A stretch of DNA of 51,151 bases from Folioceros fuciformis (lineage: Eukaryota): positions 1-51,151 of the forward strand of contig JBNGIO010005373.1 in assembly GCA_049999805.1 (NCBI GenBank). The letters run 5' to 3'. The stretch's first letter is position 1, and every line of letters starts with the position of its first letter. This document shows, piece after piece, positions 13,207-25,471 of this stretch. The translations under genes were made by a program, and so were the position numbers. Below the pieces are notes generated by a model. The model saw only the letters and a list, made by a program, of their open reading frames with translations, was not told where the DNA came from and did not search any database.

Positions 13207-15011
13207 ATGCTGAAGATGGCCAGGTGTTTCCTGAGCACCGCGTTGTCTCGAGCGCATTCTCCCGGCTGCCCTCTGCCCCTCGCACTCTGGGTTTGTGATC
13301 CTGTATCTGCTGGCAGTCTGAAGATGGTGAAGGGTCAGTCCCTTGCGCTAGTTTCAATTCTGTGTTGAGTTGTGCATTGTTCGGGTATGTTGCGTGCTGG
13401 GTGCAGCCTCGGAGTAAGTCGGGATTGTTGCTTTCGTTGTGTGTGGGATGTTTGATTCAGGTAATCCAAGCCTGACGTTCTACACTGGTATCGCACTGCG
13501 GCCCCGATTTCTCTCATCGTCGAAACAGGCTGCAGCCGGGGGTGGGCAGGGGAGCAGGTTGGTAACGCTGGACCTGGTCGTTGCGTGAAATGCAAAGTGT
13601 GAGGCGTGAGCTATAGCGTTACTTGCCGCTCTTCTTTGTATAACGAAACGATGGTTGTGACAGGGTAGTGCACAAGAAACGGCGCAGACTCGACGAATTG
13701 TGTGTTGAGAGGTATCCTCAATACAGCCGTTCCCTCATTCAATCCTGGATTCTTCAAGGTCCGTGGCTTCCCATTCTTGTCTGTTGTATGTTATATGTTT
13801 AAGGCTGGTATCCGTTGTCTGCCGGGTAGGAGAACTGAGGAACAGTGACAGCTGTGCTGCAGGGAAGGTTTTGGTTGACGGACGTCTTGCAGATAAGGCT
13901 GGAACTTCTGTCTCGGAAAGCCAGAATGTCACCATAACTGCTGAGGTGCCCAGATTTGTATGCAGGTGAGTCAAGGCTTGACACCTTCGTTCTTCCTTTC
14001 GTGGGTTTAAGCGTAGTTGCCAACGCCGATACTGGATTTTCTCAAAATGCAGGGCAGGGTATAAACTAGAGGCAGCACTTCACCATTTTGTCACTGAGGT
14101 GGAGGGCAAAGTTGTGTTAGATGCTGGGCTTTCCACAGGTGGATTTGCGGATTGCTTATTGCAAAATGGTGCCTCTTTAATATTTGGAGTTGACGTCGGA
14201 TATGGTCAGGTGATCCTACTTTCTACCTTGCTGCGAAAGGATCATGTTCATTCCTATGGAAGACGCTGATCGGCCAAAGTCATCTGTGCAAACTAGGTTG
14301 CCCAGAAGATTCGAACAGATAGACGAGTCGTTGTGATGGAAAGGACCAACCTGCGATATTTGCTAGCACTCCCTCAATTGGTGGATCTAGTCACTCTAGA
14401 TCTCTCCTTTATTTCAATTCTCCTGGTTTGTACAGTCACGGCACAGTTGTCATGCGTATTCTGGGTTGGTAAACTGTATCCAGTGACTAATGTTGGTGTT
14501 GGTAATCAGGTTCTGCCTGCTGTATCAGCTGTGATGAAGCCAGATTCAACATTGATCACCCTCATAAAGCCTCAATTTGAGGCCAAAAGGAATCAGGTTA
14601 TGGGCTCATGTGGTGGACTGTAGAGTACAAATCCAAGAAATCAATGACTTGACACCTGGACTCAATTTGTTGATCTGTAACTCTTGCAGGTTGGAGGTGG
14701 AGGAATCGTACGAGATCCAGAAGTCCACAAAGAGGTACCTTGAGAATGTTAAGCGTGTTGCCAGTCTTTACACCATGTCCTATTGTAGTCTGATGAACTC
14801 TTTACAGGTGCTGCACAGGATCGTAAGTGGCGTGGAATCTTTGGGTTTTAAATGCCAAGGCTGGATAGAGTCTCCAATCAAAGGCGCTGAAGGAAACACG
14901 GAGTTCCTAGCTTGTTTTCACAGAGGGAAGTGTGTCAAAGCTGGAGAGCTGGAAGTGGCCTCTAGTCAAAGCAATGGCATGCCAAATGCCTCTCAAAACT
15001 GGAGTGACTAG
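13207..15011 (+). CDS. TlyA/YqxC-family (S4 + FtsJ) rRNA 2'-O-methyltransferase, probably organellar; multi-exon, start and first exons uncertain
   Basis: Spliced exons give KKRRRLDELCVERYPQYSRSLIQSWILQG-KVLVDG (S4), RAGYKLEAAL, LDAGLSTGGFADCLLQNGA, GVDVGYGQ, DLSFIS, LIKPQFE, GGGIVRD, SPIKGAEGNTEF. Confidence 0.92.
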
Positions 15012-16717
15012 AAAGTCTTCAGGGCCTTTATCGCTGACATGCACGAGAGATAAGAGAAAGACTTGCAGGTCTCTTGGCTCAACAAGATTCTGGGGGAATG
15101 GAATGTCAGTACAAGGACGATTCCGTCCATGCTCCTCGACCATTGGCCACAAGGTAGCGGGGATTCTTGTGGGTTACTCAAGGCAGGTATAAGTTGTGAT
15201 ATGCTGGCCTGGAGGTTAGCATCTTCCCTCGGTACGATGGATGAAGCTCAACCTTTCCATCTGCTGCTTGTTTATTTGCAGGATCTTGATCTTGTGCATA
15301 CCCTCTAGTTTTCGCTCTTCCGGGTGAAGAAGGTGAAATCGCAATCCTGTCAGTCTCAAGATTGACTACCGTCGAGCAGGCAGAAGCTGGCGTCGTGGGT
15401 ATTCCTATAAACGACACCCACTTACTAGATATTGTACAGTGTGATGATACATCACGAATAGAAGAGTTTCGTGGCAATTCAGGCACTGTTGCAACTTCTA
15501 CAAACCTTTCGACATGCAGGTGCAGAGGCCAGAGCTCCCCATCCAGTCATCAGAAAAAGTGTTTTTCCAAAGCACGCGATGCGTGGGCGTGGGCTGTTGG
15601 GTATCCATGCTCTGAGTCCTGCCGCTTTCTTTCTTCCCTTGTGATATGTGTGTGTTCGACACACGTTTGTTGAGCGCCGACAGGACTGTGTGTAGTGTTG
15701 TCGCGTGACTCGTTCACTAGGCACGGAACCCGTGGGAGGCGCTTGGAGAAATGGCTGCACTCCCAGTCAAGACTGGTGAGACACAGCATTCTGAAGAGTA
15801 TCACGATTGGACCATCATTGGGCTGACACTGAACGGAATGCCCGTATGCCAGATTTGCTTGCCGTTCTCAAACAGTTTTGGTAACAACCTAGGGAATGAT
15901 GTGTGCCCACTAAGTTTCAATGAATCGAATCTGTCAGCTGATTGATTGCAATCGCCCTGTCCAGTTGAGTCCTGAGCTCAAAGACTCGAAAAAGGAAACA
16001 GACACAGTGTAAGGAGTGGTCGAGACAAATGGTTCGAGCGAGTTTGCCGTCCATCCCGCGCTTTGCTCTGCAACAGCGGGCCAGTGCTGCAGCTTCCGGG
16101 GCGGCTGGTCATGCCATGCGTACGGTTCTTTTCTGTGGCGACAAAGAAGCCTGGCCAATCCATCTTCTGATCAATTCCGATAGGCTCGATCGGGCCACAA
16201 TCGAGACTGATGGCCGAGCCATGTCGCAACGGATCGCCTAATTGGTGCGCCGTACCATTGCGGCGAGCGTGGCGTGGCTCATCTTGTTGGCAGTGAGCTC
16301 GGCGATCTATTGAAGTTGTCAGATGCACCAAAGACGACAGACAGAAAGGCTTGCGTCACAGCGCGAAGGACAATTCAGAGGAAACTTCCATTCCCATTAA
16401 CGAACATACCGACGCACAGTTAACAACTCAACGACTGGTTTTTCCGAGCTTGAAGAGCTGCAGCGACGAGTACCAGTAAGACGCTTTGGCTATCAAGCCA
16501 TTCCTAAGGGAGATACATTTCATCACCACACAGGGTGATGAGCGGAAGATAAATCACATATGCACAAATGAAACTTGTGATAAGGACTTAAAACACTCTT
16601 ACTTCCGGCATCCTATTCCAGACCAGGACCCTATAATACAACGCGACAAACTCATTCCAGACACCACTCCTTCCCGACGGATCGCCTCAAGGCTGGCCGA
16701 TCACCTCAACCTGTATG

Positions 16718-19595
16718 TCACGCCGAGCCGATGACATCCGGAGTGTTTACGCCATCCTGAATGGTTACCTTGCCACCGAAATAGGTCGTTACGAGCTCCG
16801 GATCAAACTGTTGGACGACCACTACTGAGGCCTTGGTCTGCGGACCGCTGGATGCGTTGAGAGCATCACCGATGAGTCCCAGCTCCGCATGTTCCACCGC
16901 ATATTGGCCACAGTTGGCGATCAGGGCGACTGGTTTCCGACCCATCCCGACAATGATCAAGTCAAACTCGTTGGACCTTCCGATTCGCTGTGCTGCTTGC
17001 ACAGGGTCTTGGATGGATAGCTCCTCGTATACCACAGATGTCGATCCTACCCCGCCGGGAACTTGCGCTACCTTCCCCTGGAGTTGAGCCAGAGCTTGCT
17101 CATCCAGTTCCTGCTGCTTCTGGTTATCAATGCCCGCGAGCACTACGTCGTAGGAATCGTGAGTACTCTTACCGGGGCAACCATCACCTGATCGTTCCTG
17201 TACATTTGCTGGAGGGGCACCTTCCTCATCAGGTAGGCTTATCGCCACATTTTGTGCCGTAGTGTCCTGTTTGAGCCTGATCACTTTCAACTTAACACCT
17301 GGGTGCTCAGCCATTCTCTTGGCTAAGACGAGTGCTTCTCTGTCATCCTGGCCTCCAAAGAAAAGCACAGCCACTGAGTGATCCACGGTGCTGGAAGCCC
17401 TCTGAGCCCCACCAAGGCCTCTGTCCACCACGATGGCCACAGAGCACGGAGCATGCTGCAACACCTTCTGATTCACAGCACGGAAGCCAACATTTCCTCC
17501 TTCCAACGGACCATCCACCCGCATATGCTTATGGAATGGCAGAAAGATGATGGAAACTCGCCTTTCTTCTGCAGTTAAACAGATGTCTTCGTACATATCG
17601 GACAAGTTTGAGATGGCAGTCATGGGTCGCACGGTCACCTTTGATAACTGTGCATATGCCTCAAAGGCCACTATGATCTCGTCCCTCTCATTTGTTCCCA
17701 CATTGTTGTTGAAAAAGGGACGGCCATTCCTCCTTGCACGCTGCACCAACCTAATTGCAGACGAACGTTCAGACAGTTCCACCAGGTGCAAAATGAAGAG
17801 CCGCACCGCACGCTTCCTTGTTCCCCGGCTCGCTTCAGTCAGGTTGATCATAGAGGGCACATGCGTCACTCCGTGTACACAGGTCATAAGTCTAAACTCC
17901 TCCTTCCTGGACTCCATGTCTAACTTCCTCCTGTTGTACGGGAGAGCGGAAATTCCAGTTGGTTTATAAATAAACATAACGACTGGCGTGGTTATGAATG
18001 TCGTAAATAGAGCCATGATAACCATTATCGCAAAGACTTCGTCATTCAGAACCTGCGCACACAATTTTATCAGTCTTCGGAATGAGTCGCTAAGACACCG
18101 ACCATCACTAGACATAGTGAGCATAGTGAGGGACACTGCTACCCCCAAGGAAAAATGCAAGATGAGCATTTAAATACCTTGCGATCTTTCCCGATGTTCA
18201 GTACGATGAGCTCCACCAAACCCTTCGTATTCATAAGGACTCCAAGAGTGAGTGACTGTCTGAATTTCACGCCATGTAGCAAAGTAACCAACAGCGTCCC
18301 CAGAATTTTGCCCCCGCAGGCAACAGTTACCACCAACACCAATAGACCACCAGATCGAGCTCCATGGATAGACCCAATGTTGGTTTTCAGTCCACTTGAT
18401 GCGAAATAGAGGGGTAAAAACAATGTCATAATTAGGTCTTCAATCTTTTCAATCACTTGCCCGGCAAATGGCCCATCTTTGGGAATGACTAGTCCAAACA
18501 GGAAGGCCCCGAAAATTGAATGGATCCCAATCAAATCTGTACAGAAACCAGACATCAGCACTCCAGCTAATGTCAAGACTATAGTCAGCTCCCCAGGTTG
18601 ACCATCCCCTGATCTTCGGATGAGCCAAGTCACAGCAGGCTTCACCACAAGAAACATGATGACCACAAAAGCTGCTGCTGAGAGGAGAACCCACGCCACA
18701 ACTGAAGGGCTTTTATGGTCGGTTTCACCGGAGGAGCTGGCCAGGGCAATTGCAAGGGCCAACAGAATCCAAGCGACAACATCGTTCACGGCTGCAGCCG
18801 ACATAGCCATCTGACCTACTTCTGTAGTCAAGAGCTTGAGCTCAGCAAGAATTCTAGCCAGCACGGGGAAGGCAGTGATGGACATGGCCACTCCCATGAA
18901 CACCAGAAACGGAGCAATTTTCACATTCCCAGATATCGTGTTATGCAGAACAAACGAAACTCCAACCCCGGCAACGAATGGTAGACTAATCCCAGCTGCT
19001 GCAATGGCCAGTGCCTTGCGACCAGTCCTTCGGACAGAAGACAGATCCAGTTCAAGTCCCACAAGGAAGAGGAAGAACATTAGTCCCATGCCAGCAACAG
19101 TGTCCAATACCACCAGGCTCGATTTGGGGAAAAGCTTGTTCAGAAATTCTGCATTGCGGCCGATGGCCGATGGTCCAAGCAGAACTCCTCCCTGTAGCCG
19201 TGCCCAAGCAGAAGTCAGAGGAAGGGCACAAAGCGCCAAGGAGCGGAAAAGCACATTCAAAGGACGAAAGCAATAAAGAGTCTGCTGTAGCTGAGCTCTA
19301 ATTCCAGGACAACTATGGGGACAAACTTGAGCTTGGAGGGAATCTGAACGGGCGTAAAGCTTACTATGATCTCCGCGATAACTCGAGGCTGTCTCAGGGG
19401 CTTCAGAATGACTGCAATCGTTCTCGACAGCAGGAGCACAATACAAATCTGAATAATCAGCAAAGGCAAGGCGAAATGGATGGGACTGTCCCCCTGCCAC
19501 ACGCCATTGGAGGTGGCCGCCATAGGTTTGGGGCACATGCAGGAAGCGTTGGTAGCGGCCGCGGCCGCCATCTCCACCAGATTAAGTCCCGACAT
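16718..19595 (-). CDS. CHX: Cation/H+ exchanger (CPA2, CHX16-20-like), copy 1; exons 19595-19365, 19191-18178, 18052-16718
   Basis: [65 protein letters not shown], and a C-terminal USP-like region with [12 protein letters not shown] and [11 protein letters not shown]. Confidence 0.96.
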
Positions 19596-20947
19596 CTTCA
19601 CCAAATCAAATCTCCGACCCTCAAGAAGAATTCCACCTTCCAGAACCAGCAAGTCCGCAGACAACCGCAACAGCTCGCCGTGAGTTCCACACCCCCTGCG
19701 GCGGGCCGATGTGAGCTCAGCAAATCCACGCCCGGTAGAAAGATCTCCACAGCTCACACCATTTCGCTGGCATCTCCATCGTCTGGCTAATCACAAGCTT
19801 CCAGATCCCGCACACCCGCAAATCAGGCAATCATACCAAGGCCAAAACCAAAACCTGCAGCAGAGCACAGGAGAGAAAAAAATGTCAGCCAACAAGCGTA
19901 AACTCCTCAAACATCCACCGTGAGCTGCGAGCAAGCGTTCACGTTCCTCCACACATCACACCATGCCTCACAAACTACTCCTCCATCCCTCCCCATTCCC
20001 CAGCCTTGCATGCACCTACTTCCGGCAATTCCGAGAACTCAGACTGCAGCTCAAACAGCCGAGAAGAACTCACAAAACCGAATGCACTCAAGACACTCTC
20101 CAGAATTGCATTCCTGCCGACGATCACTGCAAATACAAATCAAATCCCTCCTTCCTTCCTCCCTTCTTTGACCTTTCCTTCCTCCCCCGAACAAATCCAT
20201 GAGCCAGAGAAAGCACCGCTGCACACAGCGAGGCCTGGGGCAGGGCAGAATGGCTCGCGTGGAACGCAGGGGCGGATGCTTCACAGTAGCAGAGCTGAAG
20301 GGAGGCGAAGTGAACAAGCCGGAGGACGAAGGCGGAGTCGGCGGGATAGTGTCCGCTCCAGCAGAACGTAGCTCAGCGAAGCAACCGGACTGTGAAGAGC
20401 ACGCTATCGAAGGCGGATCTCATTTTGCCTTATATACCCGACCCGGTGGAGTGGGAGGAAGCTTTCCGGAATCCAAACTTGTTTTGGGCCCGCCCTTTTC
20501 CGGGGCCTGGCACAAGTTGGTCAATCCTCGTTTCTGCTAAGGGCTGGCGGATGTGGCCTATTGGCAATTCACGTCGCCCAGAAAGATGGCGAGGTTTTGC
20601 CAGTTTGCATGCAAGGTTTTGCCAGTTTGCACGGGAGCCGCAGGAAAGTTGGGGAGGGAGGTAAGCTTGGGTACTTACCTTTTGGTGAGCCACGTGCTGC
20701 TGTAATTCGTCCTCCTTCAGCGCTGAGTATAAGTTAACTCGAGGCTTTTCAGTATGATTAAATTGAAGGTTCTTGCCCTCACATATATAGACCAAAGAGT
20801 CAGAGATTTTTTTTTTTAAACAATCCGAGATCCTATGAATGTTCTTGTTTAAAAATAATCAATAAAGATTTTACCCTAAATTAATGGAGAATAATTAAAG
20901 GGCCAAGAACCAAGCATGCATGAACACTAATTCAATCCAGAAACTAA

Positions 20948-21203
20948 GTATTGAATTAAGAACATCGAGGTCCAAGGTCTTCCCAAAGGAGTATTGAATC
21001 AAGAACATCGAGGTCCAAGGACTTCCCAAAGGAGTATTGAATCAAGAACATCGAGGTCCAAGGACTTCCCAAAGGAGTATTGAATCAAGAACATCGAGGT
21101 CCAAGGACTTCCCAAAGGAGTATTGAATCAAGAACATCGAGGTCCAAGGACTTCCCAAAGGAGTATTGAATTAAGAACATCGAGGTCCAAGGACTTCCCA
21201 AAG
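20948..21203. repeat. Tandem repeat, ~6 x 43 bp
   Basis: Unit gtattgaatcaagaacatcgaggtccaaggacttcccaaagga, nearly identical copies without spacers. Confidence 0.95.
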
Positions 21204-21574
21204 GGCATAGAGATACACAGAGACACAAAGGTAGACAGTGAGAAGTTTAGTTTAGCCTTGAGACATACCTGTGGAGGGCTTGAAGAAAAAGGCTTGTCAG
21301 ATTTAGTCTAGGACGGTAGCCAGTGGGGCATAGATCGCCAGACTCTTTTACAAGTATCTAGAATAAAGAGCAGCACCTAGAGGAGGTCGAGGTCTGCGAG
21401 TCATTAGTGGACGGCGGGCTACTTGGAGCCTAGTGTTGAGTCGTGTGAGAGGGAGTGAGTGATTTGTAAGTGGAGCGCTCAAAAGGAAGCATGGCCAAGG
21501 AATATACATTGCCAAAGAAATAATATTTTTTTTGCTCTAAAGTTTCAGAAAGAGATGAGATAAGATATATACAT

Positions 21575-22070
21575 CATATTATTCCACATCATGACATTTC
21601 GGGAGTGGTAGGTAGTTTTTGAGACCAATGTTCAATGTACATTGTATCTTTTTGCTATTCCACATCAGAACATCATGACATTTTGGGAGTAGTAGGTAGT
21701 TTTTGAGATCAATGTTCAAAAGAGGTTCACACCCTTTTTGGCCCTGCTTGGGTTGTTTCTCCAATCTTTAGTCTTTGGAGTCTGTGGAGTCCTTGGCATA
21801 GATGAGACCTTCCATCTCTTTTTCAATAATAGAAACTAATCACTTACATTGTAAAAAATAGACCTTAAATCAGGCAAAGTTTGTTGTAGCCCTAATCCCT
21901 CCTTCCTTCCCTAGTAGACCACATCTGTTAGCCCTTAGCAAAAATAGGGCACCACACTTGGTTAATTGATTGCTAACTCATGGGGTCATGATGTGGAATA
22001 ACAAATAGGCCTACCTACCACCGTGCTGAAGAAGCTATTTGACCTGCGCTTGTTGTTGTTCTAAAAATTG
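21575..22070. mobile_element. Fragments of the same repeat family as 11.3-12.3 kb, in both orientations
   Basis: 21985-22068 matches 11500-11580 (ggaataacaaa..ggccta..aagaagct..ctgcgcttgttg..ttctaaaaat). 21810-21850 is the reverse complement of ~11346-11385. Confidence 0.7.
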
Positions 22071-22272
22071 CATAGGCCAATACTAAACATTGCATAGGCC
22101 AGTGCTCCTTACAAAGCAATGAATACGCGTTGTCGAAAGAAGGCCACCAAAGAGGAAAGAGAGAGAACACCAATCCTATGACTATGATTGTAGTACACTC
22201 ATTGATGAACTTTTGCCCGTGGCCCCACTAGTCTCAAGAGCAAGGGGTTGCCCGTGGCCCCACTAGTCCCCA

Positions 22273-22775
22273 CTAGTCTCAAGAGCAAGGGGATGAAAAT
22301 ATTCTTAGCTTCCAGGGGAGAATACTTATGGACTTATACTATTGTGCGCGCATTCACAATCCTGTCCTACAGGGGGTTAATGATGACGTGCTTGAAAGTC
22401 AAATCCATAGTGGAATCTAAGCGAAATCTGATCGCCGTGTATATTGAAAAGAGATAGGAGATTCGAGTAGACTTTGAAAATCAGGCATAGATTATTGCAG
22501 CCTTCCCCTTGATGATTGTTGAAGTTGCCAACTCTCCTTTGCAAGCATAAAAGTAGTTGCAGTCGTACCTACCTCTTCCATGCAGTGCCTTACCTAGTGG
22601 TGCAAGTTCAAGTGGTCCATCCACACAAATTGCACTCAAACTCTCCAATGCAAGCTCCATATATGATCAATACACTCTTCACTACTCTAACATTTGCTTT
22701 GCATTGCTTGGTGGAACTGTTGCCAAATTGGATGGAGACATGACACTTGCAAGGTCAATCAACGGCTTACTATGA
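22273..22775 (+). pseudogene. Decayed single-frame ORF of unknown, probably TE, origin
   Basis: One frame runs ~165 codons interrupted by TAG/TAA stops consistent with C-to-T changes. No family recognised. Confidence 0.3.
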
Positions 22776-24319
22776 CTGACATCTAGATACCTACTGAACA
22801 CACACGTCAAATACAATGAAACACGTTAAGTGAGATGGCCAAAGAGCTCGAACTCCATGAATAGTAGCTTAAGAGTAAGTTATTGTTATCGAGTTGACCA
22901 CTACCACTACAAGATACGTAGGAATCCAGGAAGTACAAGAGCTCCAGCAAGCGCGGGCCGAGGATATGGTATTGGTATTGTACTCTGGGCCACGCATTAA
23001 CGGTATATCCGTCTATCCCTATCCTATCACGGATAGCCGTCTGTATGTAGCCGGAATGTGGGAGTTCGAGGGGATAGGCAAGCTTTGTTCTGTGCACCTG
23101 CACAAATCGGCCATTGCCATTGGTCTGTCCGCGATTTCGGCGCTCCCGGATTGTCGTGGGTGACGTGTGTCTATCTACGTCAGTTGGTAGGCTGGAACCT
23201 TAACGGGGTCACAATGCGGGCTCCACGACCCGACCAGTTACGGACAGGCGTGAGGGCTCCACGATCCGACCACGTGCGGACAGGGAGGCGTGTACTGTGT
23301 CTGGCAGTACGAACATGGCCGCTTGTACAAGACTAGTGCCATCGTCGAGTTCTGATTGCTTGGTCTCATCAGGCCTTAAGGTCTGCGATTCTGTGAGGAA
23401 CGGAAGAGTGATGAAAGCAGGCAGCCGAGTTGAAAGGAGATTTCTTTACCGAGGGGAAGAGATGTTGGGGGGAAGGGGAGAGGTCTTTCGCGAGGGACCG
23501 ACAATGTGTGTACAGTGTGTACATATGGGGGAGTGAGAAATGAAGGCAGCCAAGTAGAAGGAGGTTACTCTGCTGAGGGGGAGAGAAAGCCCTTTCAGCA
23601 GAGGGCAACAAAGCTGGACTGGGTCGAGTTTGAAAGGAGGTTTTGTTCGTTGAAGGGAATAGGTGATGTGGAGAGCTCACACAAGAGTGGACAAGAAGGT
23701 GTCAAGATGCGGTGGGAGGAGTGAGGAATGATGACAGCCGCGTTGTAGGAGGGGAGAGAGGTAGATACAGTACTGTATGTAGATCGCACCTTGCAGCAGC
23801 TGGTCGTGGTAAATAATGACATCCATCAGACCCGCCACAGAGGAATAGGTGAACCAGGCTACGCAATATGTGCAGTCGGTCCTTCCCGTGACACCGCTGT
23901 GCATCTAGCAGTTTGGTGTACGGGAAGGTGACTTTCCATTACTCGAGTTGGTGTGGAGAGCCGCCCAACCCAGCACGCCATTCCTGCAAGGGTTTGAGAA
24001 GGAGAGCTTTCCCAACCTGCAACACGTAAAGCTAGCTGTGCCCCTGTTACAACACCAACCCACACACAGACGTATGTACAAAGCATCAACCTAACAAGCT
24101 GGAAAGAGATTGCAGAGGTGGGGCTGGGCGTACACTCCGGGAAGCGCCGTCATCAATTGGTCAACTAGGGACCCCTGATCATGAAGTCAACGACGATGTA
24201 CGGTACCTAGCAGCCGGGGCGTGTAGTACATACATACGTACAAGCTTGTCAACTCCCATGTGGGGAAATAGGGAGAAATTGGGGCAACCTCGTTGGCGGG
24301 TCTGTATTGAGCATTTCAC

Positions 24320-25200
24320 GTGGCTGGAGCGCTCTTGCCAAAGCGCTGACAGGTTCCTCATCAGTTGCAGACCAATGATTTGTGAGTACGGTGAGTGGAA
24401 CGGGGTGCAGCCACAGCTGCTGCTTTCAACAGGAAGTGCATCATGAACATCCCTTGGATACAGATGATAACACACACCAGCTCTTGCTCGTCTCTGAAAC
24501 AGGCAGTGATCAGTCCCAGTGCTAACATATCTCGAAAAGCTGGCTGCGTCTTGCATCTCACTCTAATAATTACCCTGCGTAACGTGTATAACCTCCTTGC
24601 TTTTGAACGGCAAGAGAGATAGGAAGTGGACTTACTTGTTGCGTTAATGCCTGAAAAATCCATGAGGGAATGTCATTAGCAAGAGCATGCTAAGATGGTT
24701 CCCTGCATTTCCAGTATCCACCACAAAAACCACATCTGGGGCGGTCACACTGGTCTCAGCCATATTTTGGCCAAAACAATGCATAGTTCGCGCGTACCGG
24801 GTGGAGGCTCGTCAAAGAGAAGAGTCTATGTAACAGAAGATTGATACAGGTGTTAGTACAGTGTCTTCGTCATTCACAACCAAAATAACATACAACAACC
24901 GGAAGCAATGGGGAGGCTACACACCTGTTCAGTTGTGCCCCTTGACCCCTGACACCCAAGGAGCAACAGGTTCAGCAAAGCACAAAATTTCTTCCCATCC
25001 TGTCGTAAACGGTAGTACTGCACCTCCCTCTCATGTCCAAATATGTGACTCGAAAGTCTAATGATCAAGGTAATCCATTGGCACTCCAGCGGGCTAAGGA
25101 TGCTTGAGTTCTCTCACTGCAGTTGCTAAATTGCTGGGTAGCCATAACATCTTGGGCTCTAAACTCAGGAAATCAAGTGTGTCCGAACTATGAAGAGTCC
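24320..25200 (-). pseudogene. Truncated, decayed copy of the central part of the DExH helicase gene
   Basis: Colinear with 32520-33470 including introns. Remnants include AETSVTAPDVVFVVDTGNA and [22 protein letters not shown], with deletions (including in motif VI) and frameshifts. Confidence 0.9.
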
Positions 25201-25471
25201 AGCAGCGTTCTCCAAAGCCTGTATCTAAGACGGTAGTCAGTGTATCGTGCAACTAAAACACGTCTTTACCACAAGAGACATGGCATTTCACCACACCGAG
25301 TTAGGCGCGGGAGCCAGATCGTTTATGTACAATAAAGTTAAGTCACAAGGTCCTTCAAACTCCTAACCCACACTGTCCAATTTAATACAGCGCGAGGAAC
25401 TGATGCCAGACCAAAAAAGACCTCCCTCACGGATTTGGCTAAAGGTTAGTCGATCACCTTCACCCCCGATG

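Noticed and set aside
13207-15011. TlyA 'hemolysin' as a recent bacterial transfer
   Set aside because: The gene has many spliceosomal introns and the family is a standard nuclear-encoded organellar methyltransferase in plants.
20948-21203. 43-bp array as CRISPR
   Set aside because: No spacers; a plain tandem repeat.
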